From assembly GCF_006345805.1 (NCBI RefSeq), contig NC_043002.1:16616001-16680000 (forward strand): DNA of 64,000 nt, written 5' to 3'. The position numbers and the translations under genes were made by a program. Below are positions 1 to 13,444 of this stretch, piece after piece; the first letter of the stretch is position 1, and every line of letters starts with the position of its first letter. Source of the DNA: Octopus sinensis (lineage: Eukaryota). The notes beneath the pieces were generated by a model. The model did not search any database. It was not told the origin of the DNA and saw nothing but the letters and a program-made list of their open reading frames with translations.

Positions 1-904
1 ATCATGGTTTTCCAGTGAGTTTTAAATATTTATTGTTTCCGAGCAGTGCTTTTATTTCAGTCATCATCAGAACTTTCACTTGTACCCTTAGCTATCTTTC
101 AATATAGGACTGAGTTATAGGTGAGCATATAACACTTGCAGACACCGGATGCAACATGCTCTATTTTTGTTCTTCGAATCGAGATATTTGTGTTTCTACA
201 CATCTCATACAACCGTTTATATATGTTTCTTTCAAGAATTATGATCTATCGATGATGTATTTGATGGATTTACATGATTCCCCAGTGATATAAATAAACA
301 GATTACTAGCATGTAGTGATATTAAACCGCAGGTTTATGTAGAATGATAGTTGTGAATGTTGCGATAGTCATGATATCTAATGTCTCATTGTGCAATTTA
401 CTGGAGATGAATATTTTATATCTCTGTGTTCCAGAATCGTTATGAGAGAGGGAATATGATTCCCTATTTCAATGTTTTCATCGATTTTATTGCTCCCTTT
501 TATATACTGCTACTTCCTTAGTGTATGTAACTACAAGCTGCTGCCACAATATATGTGGCATTGATTTCAACTCTCAATGAAATCAAATACCTGATTCCAC
601 TGATGCGTTTTAGTGAACAGTTTTCGAATACTCGTACGTTTTCTGTCAAGAAGATATGAATTTAACATTTTCCAGCATAACAAGACTTTTTTGGGTAAAT
701 AGATACTATATACTATCAAAATAATGTGTCTTATATAAAATACAATTCATAGTATGCTTACGGAAAGTACGTAGCTGTCATATTTGTGGATGCAAAACCT
801 ATTCACATATATACATATATAAGTATATGTATGTATGTACGTATATATGTATGTATGCATGTATGTATATATATTTATGTATGTATATATACACGGAGCG
901 ATTT

Positions 905-1590
905 AAAGAAACTGAGTAATAGAAGAAATGCGTAAAACTTGAGCAGGCAGCTTATATAAACCGCAGACAGTAAACAACGCAAGACGAAAATCCGAAACCG
1001 AAATGGAAAAAATAAAAAGGAAAAAGGGGAAAATGTTATACTCTTTAGTCCTTAAATGATAAGACTGGAAAGATATCAAGTCAGTCAGGAATAAGCGAAA
1101 TTTTCCAATTCTTCAAAATACATTTATACCTATGCATGGAGTTCAAGAAAGAGTTAGGGATCTTAGATCTGAACAGGATTAGGGCTCTTTCAGTGAAACA
1201 AAGTCTACATTTATCGATACATATACATAAGGTATGGATTTCTCGATTACTTTCCATTTAATCACATGCGGTGTTTCGTTATCATTCAAAGCCCATACGT
1301 AGCTAGCCAACTTAGTAGCTTTACTTTTGTCTCCATATCGGAAGGATGGTATGTGATTGGTATAGCGATTTTAAAATTCACCTTCACATACTCCAATATA
1401 GGTCTTCTTATCAAGTGTATTATTATTCAGGCTTACAGTCAAGTCTGCCTTATATATGATAGATTTATTCATATATCGTTTGTCAGGGCGACAGGATCCT
1501 GGGTCTTGACAGCTGCAACAGGATTCAGGATCTTGGTATTGACCACGGATAATGCTACTCATCATATTGGGACAGCAACTATATCATAAT
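905..1590 (-). mobile_element. Decayed Penelope-like element 3' part: Cys linker, GIY-YIG endonuclease and 3' UTR
   Basis: Minus-strand ORF 1371-1565 reads ...CCSCQDPGSC...SIIYKADL...KKTYIGVCEGEF. It continues past a stop as RYTNHIPSF...TKLASYVWAL...IKWKVIEK...KCRLC, the same motif order as the GIY-YIG domain at 23550-23969. Confidence 0.85.
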
Positions 1591-1683
1591 TTCATAGAAC
1601 GCCTATTAAATATTTTCTTGTATTTGTGAGTGGCTGGAAAGTGCTTGTCTAGGAGACACAAGAATATTTTACCAATGTTAGTT

Positions 1684-2290
1684 TTTCTTGACATATGTAT
1701 GGAGTTTGAAATGTGACGAAACACCACAGAAGATTAGATGGAAAGTAATTGAGAAAGTCATATCTCATGGATATGGATCGTATAAATGTATACTTTGTTT
1801 GACTAAAAAACGCAGATCCTGTTCAGATCTAAGTTCCCTAATACTATTGAACTCCAGGTCAGTAATTTTCAGTGGATGCATGCATGTGTATAAATATAAT
1901 TTGAAGAATTGGGAAATTCCGCCTATTCCAAGCTGACTTGATAGCTTTCCAGTTTTATAATTTAAGGTCTAAGGAGGTTAGCTCTTTTAACTCTTTACTT
2001 TTTATTTCTTTATATTTTAGTTACTGATTCTCGTTTTTCCATTTTTTTGTTTTTCGGTTTCTCGTTGTCCATTTTTTATTGTGTGTGCATTCTATATGCT
2101 GCCTTCTCAATTTTTTGCGTATCTTCTATTATTCGAAATACGCCTATTAAAATGAGATGTCAATGTTATTGTCATTTTAGTGTAATTTAGGCGATCAGTT
2201 TATTCGATGTACCACATATATATATAACAAAATCTGTCTGATGAACGGCAACGAGAAACTCAGAGTAACAGATTTTGTTGAATTGTCTGC
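1684..2290 (+). mobile_element. Decayed Penelope-like element 3' end (GIY-YIG C-terminus, 3' UTR, hammerhead)
   Basis: ORF 1688-1936 reads TYVWSLK...IRWKVIEK...KCILCL...LLNSRS...CMH. It aligns by eye with the minus-strand copy at 905-1330 (for example ATCCTGTTCAGATCTAAG is shared) and ends in a hammerhead motif. Confidence 0.85.
2226..2279 (+). ncRNA. Type I minimal hammerhead ribozyme
   Basis: 12-bp helix I (AACAAAATCTGT/ACAGATTTTGTT), core CTGATGA 2238-2244, helix II CG-GCAA-CG, GAAA 2255-2258, palindromic helix III ACTC-A-GAGT, GUA triplet with cleavage after 2267. Confidence 0.9.
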
Positions 2291-2384
2291 TGCTTAAATA
2301 AAGCATATTACTCTACCACTGGTATTTGAGTACTCTTTTTTTCCACCTTGTTTCACATTTATATGTTTACTCCGGTATATATAT

Positions 2385-2445
<61 letters not shown>

Positions 2446-2819
2446 TCGAAAATGGGTAGGTAAAGTTGGAAAGGCAGAAAATTGTATTTTGGGGATCTTT
2501 ACTATGTTTGTTACAGTGAATGATTTGCAATATAACTGTTTTCGATGCATCCATCTTATCAATTACTAAAAACAATTTTTAAGAAGCTAAAGTGTAAAAG
2601 AATTTGTGGGAAACACCTTGTACCCATGTCTTAGTGCATTGTAAGTAAAGTGTGTATTTTAAATCTTGTGTAGATTTTGTGTGGAACCATTCACAGAATT
2701 ATAACCGAAAATGATATCGAGTTACACTTTGTGAAACGGAGTAAAATTAAACCTTCTGTTATATACGTAACTTAAAACTTTCGAGAAGTCTCAACGTGCA
2801 ATAAATGGTCTGATCTCAA

Positions 2820-3679
2820 CAATGCAGATATCCAGTAAGGATATTGAGATGGAATTTGCGACAAAAATGTGTGGTAAGTTTAGAAAACGAAAATGTAAAA
2901 TAGTATCATCTGATAGTGTAGAAATGGTGAGAAAATCGAAGATATTGAGACTGATGGATATACATATCTGGGTATTTTGGACTATGACAAGATCAAGGAC
3001 AATGAGATGAAAGAAAGCTTTTGGTGAGAATATCTGAGAAGAAACAGCATAATTATGAGAAGCAGGCTCAATGGAAAGAACAAGATCAGGCCAATTAACA
3101 TATGGGCTATTTCTTTAATGAGATAGAGTGCACGTGTAACTAAATAGAGAAAGAATGAGCTTGATGAAATGGGTAGTGAATCTAGAAAAGTGATTACAAT
3201 TAACAAGGAACTGCTCCTAAAAAGCAATACTGGTGGATTATATATTCCTAGGAACAAGGGAGGAAGAGGCATCATAGGATGCAAGGTTTGTGTTGCTAGA
3301 GAGGAAAGTGTAGGACGGTTCTTCAAACAGCAGAACAAATCCTTGCTTACCGCTGTTAGAAATAGCACGATACCTACCGAATATGTGACGCACCCAAAAA
3401 TATTTTAGAAAGAAGATGAAGAAGCAAGAATACACAATTGGAAAATGAGAACAGTGCATGGACACTAAGTTGAAAGGAAAAACAAGACAAAAACTTGGAG
3501 ATGGCTAACAATAAAGTGATCTGAAAGGATGCACATAGGCACTGATAAGCAAGCTCTGAAAACAAAATGCACAAAGTGTTAAATAGATAAGAACAGCGGA
3601 TCACCACTTTGTAGGATGTATGACATCAAAAAAAGATATATAGCATGAGTGCAGTGAAAGTGCGTAATAAACATGAGAC

Positions 3680-3680
<1 letters not shown>
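2820..3680 (+). pseudogene. Decayed RLE-type non-LTR retrotransposon fragment (R4/Dong- or Hero-like; RT thumb to zinc knuckle), ending in an (AAT)n tail
   Basis: Broken frames give YTYLGIL, LYIPRNKGGRG and DLKG.T.ALI...QAL plus a CRM remnant, with many stops. (AAT)n follows at 3680-3735. Confidence 0.75.
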
Positions 3681-3734
<54 letters not shown>

Positions 3735-3737
<3 letters not shown>

Positions 3738-4353
3738 GCCCTGTTGCAGTACCAGGCAATGCCCTGATGCAGTACCAGTAAATGCCCTGATGCAGTACCA
3801 GGCAGTGGCTCTCATGGCTTCTGATCTTAACTGATTGGAAGTGTTATCATGCACATTGTTTTGTCTTGGTATAAAAGATGGGCTACAGCAAATATTTTGC
3901 TCTATACCACAGATTTGCTTGTCAGTTGTTTGACCTTAACCAGTTGAGCATGTCCCTTAGTAGCTGACGATATGTGCATCTCTGAATACGAGCAGAAGTA
4001 GTGGGGGAGGATCATAGCCGTGTGTTGAGAGGGATTCATTGGGGTTTGAATAATTCACCTCTGGAAACATGGGTGTTTCGTTCAACATCCTTAAACAACC
4101 CTTATTCAGGGACCTTTCGAGTGGGATGGGTTACTCGACATGACGAAAATTTTAACTGGGCCCCACCTGCAAGGTCATGTGCTGTTTGTATTGATATGAG
4201 ATCACCATGTCGCGCACATATGATTGTGATGCATATGCCTTGTGTACCCTTATCAGACGGGTAGTCATGATGGGTATATTGGGCTTCGTATATTTTACCC
4301 CAGTGTCACTTTGATGGCATGCACGGCTCTCTCACTCAATAATAATAATAATA
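3735..4353 (+). mobile_element. Non-autonomous interspersed repeat of about 600 bp with an (AAT)n tail
   Basis: Starts with three copies of AATGCCCTGATGCAGTACCAGG, has a GC-richer body with no ORF, and ends in (AAT)n at 4338-4353. Recognised from memory as an abundant Octopus repeat; not verified. Confidence 0.5.
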
Positions 4354-4394
4354 ATGGTTTCAATTTTTTCCAAACTGGCAACAGTTTTGGGGGC

Positions 4395-4548
4395 AGGAAT
4401 AAGTTGATTACATCAATCCCGGTGTTCAACTAGAACTTATTCAATCTACCTTGTAAGGATGGAAGGCAAAGTCGAACTCGGCAGAATTTGAACTCAGAAC
4501 GTAGAGGCGGACGAAATACCGCTAAGCAGTTCGTCTGTCACGTTAACG
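4395..4548 (-). mobile_element. tRNA-derived SINE, family A (partial)
   Basis: Contains AAGGCAAAGTCGA...GAATTTGAACTCAGAACG...GACGAAATACCGCTAAGC, homologous to the full copy at 38962-39194. Confidence 0.85.
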
Positions 4549-4564
4549 TTTCTGTCACCGCACC

Positions 4565-4672
4565 GTCTTTCAAATAATAAATATGATGCTGATGATGATG
4601 GTGATGATGATGATAATGATGATGATGATGATGATGATGATGACGACGACGACGATGATGATAATAATAATA

Positions 4673-4745
<73 letters not shown>

Positions 4746-4800
4746 AAGAAGAAGAAGAAGAAGACGACGACGAAGAAGAAGAAGAAGAAGAAGAAGAAGA
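4565..4800. repeat. Compound triplet microsatellite (GAT)n-(AAT)n-(GAA)n
   Basis: Seen directly. Confidence 0.95.
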
Positions 4801-5149
4801 CGGGTTAATTACATGGACAGACTCTAAGCATCCCGCTCCAGAAAACTCAAACTAATGACATCCGTGCAATGGAAGGATAACTTCGCAATACAAATATGAG
4901 AATAGTTCTGTTAGAGCAGAGGAACTATACAAGCGAAAATATTTTATCATATAAAGTGTAGTTTCTTTCTTAAATGCACGATATCTCAATGTAACCTACG
5001 CGAGAAGCCGAAACTAGCCCCAGGAAACCTGGAAAAACACCACTTATATAGTAACTACGTAATTTGAATAATTACCTATACATGCAGCTGTTCACGCATC
5101 TATTTGTACATGATCATATTTGTAAGAAACACAAATAATGCCTACACAA

Positions 5150-7430
5150 CACACATGGACACACAAAGAAAATCATAGAAAAAATAAACACTGTCACGAC
5201 CAACGCCATACCAACCAAAAACAAAGCGACTTCCCAGAAATGAATTTAAACAGGATCAGACATGTATGCCGTGAACTAGCTATTAAACAGAAAAAGGCGA
5301 TTTTCGATCTATCAGCCGACGATATATAACTATAACCATTCGAAAAACAAGGAAGTGGTATCTGACAGAAGTACACTAAAAGTTCGCTACCTCTCTGAGT
5401 GATGTCATCCAGAACCCAGAGAAAATACCTGCCTGTTTGACCGACAGAGCAACATATCTCCTGCCATAAACTGAAGACACAAAAAAATCCAAAGAACTAC
5501 CGACCAATAACATGTCGCAATACTACCTCCAAGATCCTCACATCCATATTAAATGACAGAATATACACTTTCCTTGAACAGAGATATATCCTTCCGCAAT
5601 CTCCAAAGGGCAGTACAAGGAATTCTTATGGGTGCAAACATCAATTATTTAAAGCAAAATGACTGTAGAGAATTGCCAGAGCAAAACGAAGAGCTTAAAT
5701 ATGGCATGGATAAACTACAAGAAAATGTTTGATAGTGTCCCACATAATTGGATACTCAAGGCCCTTGAAATATATAAGAGCTCTCCTGTCATCTCCAAAT
5801 TCTTACAAGATAGCATGGTCATTTGTGATGAGCTAAACTAACGACATCAGCATCAAACGAAACATCTTTCAAGGTGACTAACTCTTCCCATTACTTTTTG
5901 CAGGACACTGATCCGACTCTCACACGAACTAAAAGTGCACCAGGTATGGGTTCAAAGTTTACAACACGCCAATAAACCGTCTGTTTTTTTTATGGATGAT
6001 CTGAAGCCATTTGCTAGCAATGACGAAGAGCTGCCAGAATTCAGTAATGATATCGGGATGGGCTTTATCCTTGATAAGTGTGCTGCAAAAAACATTTATT
6101 AGAGGCAAATAGCTTCAATTAAATTAGATACCGACACTACCATCAAGGAGCCTGACCCACAAGAAAATTACAAATACCTGGAGATAAACGAAGGAAATGA
6201 TATTCAATATGCTACTACGAAGGGAAAGATTAAGAAAGGGATATTACAGGAGAATCATACTACAAAACAGAAATCAACTCTAAAATTCGCATGGAAGCCA
6301 TTAACATATTGGAATTTCCAGTAGTCTATCCGATATAGTTTTAACATCATTGACTGGAATTTAAAGAGCTCCAACGACAAATTTCTAAGAACATGCACCA
6401 CCCAAAAGCAGATGTTAATCGTCTGCATCTACCTTGAAATAATGGTGGAAGAATAATGATGCTTGAAGAAATGTGCTACAAGACCTCCGTAAAGGGAATG
6501 AACAGGTACTTTTCCAGTACAAAGGACTGGACGCTGCGAATTCTGTGCAACCACGAAAGCAGCAACATATCACTTCGAAATTTGCATAGGAACTTGGTGT
6601 CAATTTTGAAATATTTTAAGAACCTGAAACCACTGCCACAAAACAGACAAAATGGATCAAGCAGTCTGCAAGAACGGGCAGAAACAAATCGAGGAGAGGT
6701 GGAGCAACTCGAAGTCAAAAAGCTGATGTAGATCAAGCCACAACACATCAGTGGCTCAGAAGCTCAGGACTAAGAGCAGAGACTATGAAGATTTCATATT
6801 AGCGGCAAAATATCAAAGCGTGCTCAGAAAAAAAAAACTACCCGGCTAACGTTCTTCAAAGCGGTTCTGACCCTGAATGCAGATTCTGAGATACATTTGA
6901 CGAAAAAATAGATAAATCGTCTCGGGATGTCCTGTGCTGGCACCAAATGAAGACAGAAATCACCACGATAATGTATGTAGGATAGTATTTACACGGGAAC
7001 ATATGTAAACACTATAAAATCTGCACTCCTGTTTACTGGTATGAACATCACCTTGAGCCAGTCGTTTAAGGTAAAAATGTCACTATCCCCTGAGATTTTC
7101 TAGTCAATTCTGACAGAACGATTCAGACTAAACGACGAGACATCATTCTTAAAGACAGGGAAGAAAATACTTGTATACTAATAGATGTAAGTGTTACCAC
7201 TGATAAAAATATATCTGTCAAGGTATTTGACCAAATAAATATAAGGACCTGGAAATTGAAATACAAGAGATGTCTCATCTTAAAACGAGAACTGTTCCTC
7301 TTAATGTAGGGGCCCTGGTTATGATAGAAAAGTAATGTGAGATAAGACCCCAGGAGAACCATGTCTCGGAGAAATCCAAAAGATTGTAACGACAAGTACG
7401 GAACACATTCTTAGGAAAGCATTAAATGTC
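5150..7430 (+). pseudogene. Decayed RLE-type non-LTR retrotransposon (RT, CCHC knuckle, restriction-like endonuclease)
   Basis: Motifs in colinear order across broken frames: NYRPITC, AWINYKKMFDSVPHNW, IFQGD.L.PLLF, FMDDLK, GM.F.LDKCA, YKYL.I, HHPKADVNRL.LP.NNGGR, CRF...GCPVLA, HHDNV, DRTIQ...DII, VG.LG, T.HILRK. Confidence 0.9.
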
Positions 7431-7589
7431 TGCTTTCGATTACGTCAAAATATTTTGCTACTTCTCCTCCCTAAGCTTTTAGTCATACTGTAACAACTCT
7501 TATCCTTCACTCATCTCAGGACATTGGGTGCGTCTCGGCAAGTGACCGTAACAAACATGCACATTAAAACTAGAAAAACAATAATAATA

Positions 7590-7808
7590 ATAATCCATTC
7601 TACTTTAGGTACAAGGCTTGAAATTTGGGGGTGGGACATAGTCGAATACATCGACCCCAGTAGTCAACTGGTGCTTAATTTATCGACCCCGAAAGGAAGA
7701 AAGACAAAGTCGACCTCAGAAAAATTTTAACCCAGAACGTAGCGAATGGCGAAATAACGCTAAGCATTTCGTCCAGCGTAATAGCGATTCTGCCAGCTCA
7801 TCGCCTTT
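7590..7808 (-). mobile_element. tRNA-derived SINE, family A
   Basis: CATCGACCCCAG...ATCGACCCCGAAAGG...AAAGTCGACCTC...GCTAAGCATTTC...TTCTGCCAGCTCATCGCC is the reverse complement of the SINE-A head. Confidence 0.85.
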
Positions 7809-7809
7809 A

Positions 7810-7877
7810 AGATAATAAGAAGAATAAGAAGAATAAGAAGAATAAGAGGAGGAAGAAGAGGAAGAAGGGGAAGAGGA

Positions 7878-7939
<62 letters not shown>

Positions 7940-8003
7940 GATGATAATAATAATAGGGTGTTATCCAAGAGGTCTAGAAGCTATGCAAAAACAATAAGTA
8001 GTA

Positions 8004-8039
<36 letters not shown>

Positions 8040-8150
8040 TAATAATAATAATAATAATAAACGAAGAAGAAGAAGAAGAAGAAGAAGAAGAAGAAGAAGA
8101 AGAAGAAGGAGAAGAAGAAGAAGATCCGCAACAAGAACAACAACAATATA
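7810..8150. repeat. Compound triplet microsatellite (GAA/GAG)n-(GAT)n-(AAT)n-(GAA)n
   Basis: Seen directly; it produces the spurious ORFs at 7958-8219. Confidence 0.95.
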
Positions 8151-9395
8151 AACATGAAACTTTGAAAGGCAACTGATCTGGCAACAATTTATGTAATGCT
8201 TCGATTCTTTTCTAAACAACTTCCATTCATCTTAATATATGACATACTGGAAGATCTCTAAAAGCTTCAGCTGTTCATCGCTCATTTGTACCGATGGAAA
8301 ATCTTTTCTTGAAACTATTCCAAGACAATTAATTTGAAAACAAGTCATTTACGTCATTTACAAAGTAATCATTTCTTCATCTACCACGACCTGAACTTGG
8401 TAGTTTTTTTTTTGCTGCTACTAAGTTGAATCAGAATCTTGCAGCACAATTTTAAGAAAGTAGCCAAAATCTCAGCTATATATGGCAGTTCTGTAATAAA
8501 TTTCAGCTGAGTAATATCCAATCAGTATAGATATAATGTTTGTGGATTTATTTTCACAGAATCAAATCAGTCAGACGTTTTAGAATTATACATCTTTTGA
8601 CAGAAACTAGACTGTATGTATCTTCTAATCAGGATCAAACAATTAAAAACGGTCAATTCAGAACTGGCTAAAAGACTAGGTGTGTTTTTGCAATGCATAC
8701 AACCGCCATTCCACAATAGGGACCACTATCGCATCTACCGTCATTTTATCATTATTATCACGCTTTATTAATAACCTTTAAAAGATATGTTAATATATGT
8801 CTTGATGCATTATCGGTATGTATTTAAATATTGAGCAATTATTTGAAGGAACACTTTGTATCTTATGTAGTGTGTCACATATACTCATTATCAAACTGTA
8901 AATTTGTACAATAACTATAAAAAATTACGGCTTTGTCGCCTTTAAATTTCGAAAGAAGTTGACAACTAGTAGATCATACCCGTGAATCCACAGTCAAATA
9001 TTAGCTAAATATGTCGCTGACGATGTGTAGGCAGTCCAAATCATTTTTTAAAAATTTTATCTAGTTTCGGTTCACGAGCTGTGGCCATGCTGGGGCACCG
9101 CCATATGAGAACTTTTCATCATAATTACCGATTATCACACTGACTTATATTGCACTTCTCCTTTCCATTTGTAGTGAGTTCCTATTTTGTAGTTTCAGTC
9201 CATACATCCAATTAATTGTAACTTTACTTAAACACGGATAACATCTGTAAACAACGGATGTTAAACGTTAACATTTAGTGCGCGTGTGCAGCAAAACTTG
9301 AAGCTTGCCAAGCAGCTTCACTGCGTGATTTAGCTTCGTTTGTGTGGCATCAGTCCGGAAACGTTTTGATCAGGCCACGTATATAAAATCAAATG

Positions 9396-9475
<80 letters not shown>

Positions 9476-9479
9476 ATAA

Positions 9480-9518
<39 letters not shown>

Positions 9519-10040
9519 TATAGATAGGTAGATAGAGGGATAGATAGGTAGGTAGATATAGATATAGATAGAGGTGAAATATTCATCAGTGCATGTAGTC
9601 AATGAGTAAGTGCTCAATACAAACACATATAATCTATACAATGATATAATCTCCAATGTGTAATGCGAGTGTACATTAAATACACAGAAAAACAGAAAAT
9701 ATGATATAATTCGTCCTTTTCTCTATACTGTACACTCAGTAAGCACTGTAACATATTTATGCGTTTTTCCCCTTTGGTCTTGTAGAGATTTATTTTCTGT
9801 AAAACTTTCTGACATGTAACTTCAAGTATAATGTTCAGAGTTTTAAAACTTAATATTCTCTCATATATTTCAAGATTTTCTCTTAAGCCGTTTCCTATAA
9901 ACTATTTCTAAATACTCTGACTCAGAAGGTAGGAAGAATAGCAATTGGTTTGAGAAAATGCTGGCTTACATTCAGTGGCTTACATATATTTTCTATGTTA
10001 CTATGTATCACATGCTTTCGGGAATTTTTTTGTCTCTCTT

Positions 10041-10173
<133 letters not shown>

Positions 10174-11700
10174 CACACACACACACACAATAAAGTAAAT
10201 AGAGAAATACCATTGACATAAATTTATTAACATTATAATATAATATATCTAAACATTTTAAAAGTAAATAACTATAATAAAATAATTAATAATAAAAGCA
10301 TCAGAATTGGCTTTTCAGCATCTAAATGTGTTTTATTAAAATTCTTTCTTCAATTAATAACAGAAAATTAGACATTTTCAAAATAATTTTTTAAATAATA
10401 ATTCTATTACTGGTACTGATGACGCTAGAACTTATCATTGTATATTTAATAAATTCTATTTCAATAATTTTTGTATGTCAAAATAACCTCATATATCGAT
10501 GTAGAGGTGAATACTTTGACGAGGGTTAACTTATTTCAGCGGATTAGTAAATAACTTTAGTATTAAGTGCAATAATATATTTGTCTTGAGTGCAAACTAT
10601 ATCATTATATTCGTAGTTAAATTTAAGATAAAAGTTTCACTTATGTTATCTTTATATAAAATGATTATAAGTGTAACAACAAAATTCAATAATAATAGTT
10701 TATGCATTATTTTATAAAAAAACCCTCTTATGATTAAAAACATTTCTATTATAAGTACGTATTTCCTGTTATTTTTCTGTAAGCAATGAATCTATATATT
10801 TATAAACATTGATTTATAGAGGTTATTTTCCTCTCAGTAAATCAGTGCTTTACACTTGTTAATTATTTATAATAATGTTTATATTAGTACGCATAAATAG
10901 ATTAGAATAATTCTTAAATACAATTATATATCTTTTTGAATAATTATGCATACATGTATATCTTTTGTAGTTGTGTACTCTTTAGTATGTGTCATCATAT
11001 ATAATTTCTTCAGAAATTATATTGCACATAGAAATTATAGAAAAATATAATTACTCTAATTTATTTTCTTCTGTAAATCTAAGGAAAATTCAGATAGTTT
11101 ATTTATATATATATATTATCATTTTTATATAAGAAATAGTATAGCTTATAATAAGCGCAAATTTTTTGCATTTAGAATCGGCGTAATTAAGAGAAACTTT
11201 TGAATTAATGAATTGATGATTACAGGTTTTCTTTAATGAACTTCGTGTGTGAATAGAATGTATTCTTATTTATTTTCTCATAATAGATTATAAAATTTTC
11301 AAAATAATTATATAGATTTTATATAAAAAATGGGCAGTGATTACTTCAGATTAAAACATCTTTAGATTAATATGGTGAAAGCTGTATGAGAAAAATGTTA
11401 TGATTGTTGAAATCATTTTGTTTATTTAATTTATTTCATCTATTTGGACTTTGATTTTGCTTTTATTATTCTTTTTATATTTTTAAATTATAAACGCTCA
11501 CGCTTGCAAACACGAATTTATTTTAATTCAGCCTATTTTATGATTTAGCAGTTCTTGCATGAACTTTTTGTCTCTTTCTTGACAAATATATCCCTGAAGA
11601 TTCATATACGTAAATGTAAATTTCTTATTAATTCATATTTATGCATATGAATACAAACAAATTGTTTAAGGTATTTGTTATATTATATATTTTTATAGTA

Positions 11701-12178
11701 TAACTAGCACTATGATCCGGCGTTGCCGACGCTAGAGATAGTTCTTGTTGTTCGTTGCCGGGTCTAGAGATAGTGCTTGTTGTTCGTTGCCGAGTCTACA
11801 GATAGTGCTCCTTGTTCTTGCCGGGTCGCTGTCAAAGTTTCTCGATAAATCAAGAGCTAAGTTTCTTATCACATTTCAGCCAGGGCCAGTTTTGTTATTT
11901 ATGAGCTACTTGAAGCTTTTTCTGAGAGTAATTAATATTCATTGGACCTAACAATGCCTATATGCCCATAACTTCTGGGCATAAGGGGTCGGCTTATCGA
12001 GGCTGTTACTGGCTTTCCGGGGTGAGTGGGTAAGTGAAAAGATTTTCACGACCACCTTCAGACAGTTTTGAAAGCCGATAGAAAATGCGAGCCTTTTACG
12101 TTTAAAACTGTGGATTTGTATAAAAGACACACAACCACACAGATACAGAGATATTTTGCCGTTTATAGATATAGAGAT
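11701..12178 (+). mobile_element. Non-autonomous Helitron/Helentron-associated (HINE-like) element, tentative
   Basis: GC-richer island in extreme AT DNA. The 5' end is TAACTAG...CCGGCGTTGCCG, there are three internal tandem copies of about 32 nt (TAGAGATAGTkCTTGTTGTTCGTTGCCGrGTC, 11733-11827), and the 3' end is GTTTATAGATATAGAGAT. The terminal style resembles insect Helitron-N/HINE elements from general knowledge. Confidence 0.5.
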
Positions 12179-12799
12179 TATACTATATTATATTGTTAAG
12201 GAATTTATAATATGTCAACTGTATTTCTCTATTTCCTTTAATATATATATTGAACTTATATGATTTTAAGTCTGAAATTTTTCTCTACTATATTGTGGTA
12301 TTTAACTGAAGAACCAGTGAAAATTGGATGTTCTCCATCTCTTTCAAAGATTTTTTTCATTGGACTGAATAATAATTAGATGTGTGTGTGATGTCGGTCT
12401 TCAGAGCTACTGGTGAAATCAAACCCACTACAGCATGTTACGTAGTCAGGTCGTCGGTGACGACGCTAGACACACAACCAAGATTACTACCTGAGGAGGA
12501 CAATTACTGGACGCCGTACATAATGAAAAAATAAGACCTGTTCAAGGGTAGAAGTGTTCATGAGCAGTCAACGGCCATCTAACATTATGTGTACATATTT
12601 ATGTATATATGTATATGTACGTATATATATATATATAATATATATATATATACGAAAGGCTACCAAATCACAAGGATTTGTTCGGCCCAAGAGTATACTA
12701 TAACATACTTGGACAAGGTACCACGCAGTGGAACTGGACCAATTACTATGTGGGTGGAAAGCAAACTACTTACCGTAACCACGCCGATAGATATGTATG

Positions 12800-13155
<356 letters not shown>

Positions 13156-13307
13156 CCTGGAGGTAAGACGGTTTTTTTTCTCTATTTTGTTGCACACACG
13201 CATTTTTACTAATACATACGCGGTGAAGCTACACTTTAGCGTCGTATTTTTACGTTCGCTATTTCCAGTAAATATCGGTACTTTGTTGTGCCATTTATTT
13301 ACTAATT

Positions 13308-13356
<49 letters not shown>

Positions 13357-13395
13357 ATATACATATATACCTCTATGTATACAAATATAATCCTT

Positions 13396-13444
<49 letters not shown>

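Noticed and set aside
10200-11700. Extremely AT-rich 1.5-kb stretch as a possible organellar insertion or regulatory region
   Set aside because: No ORF, tRNA or rRNA motif or repeat structure could be recognised.
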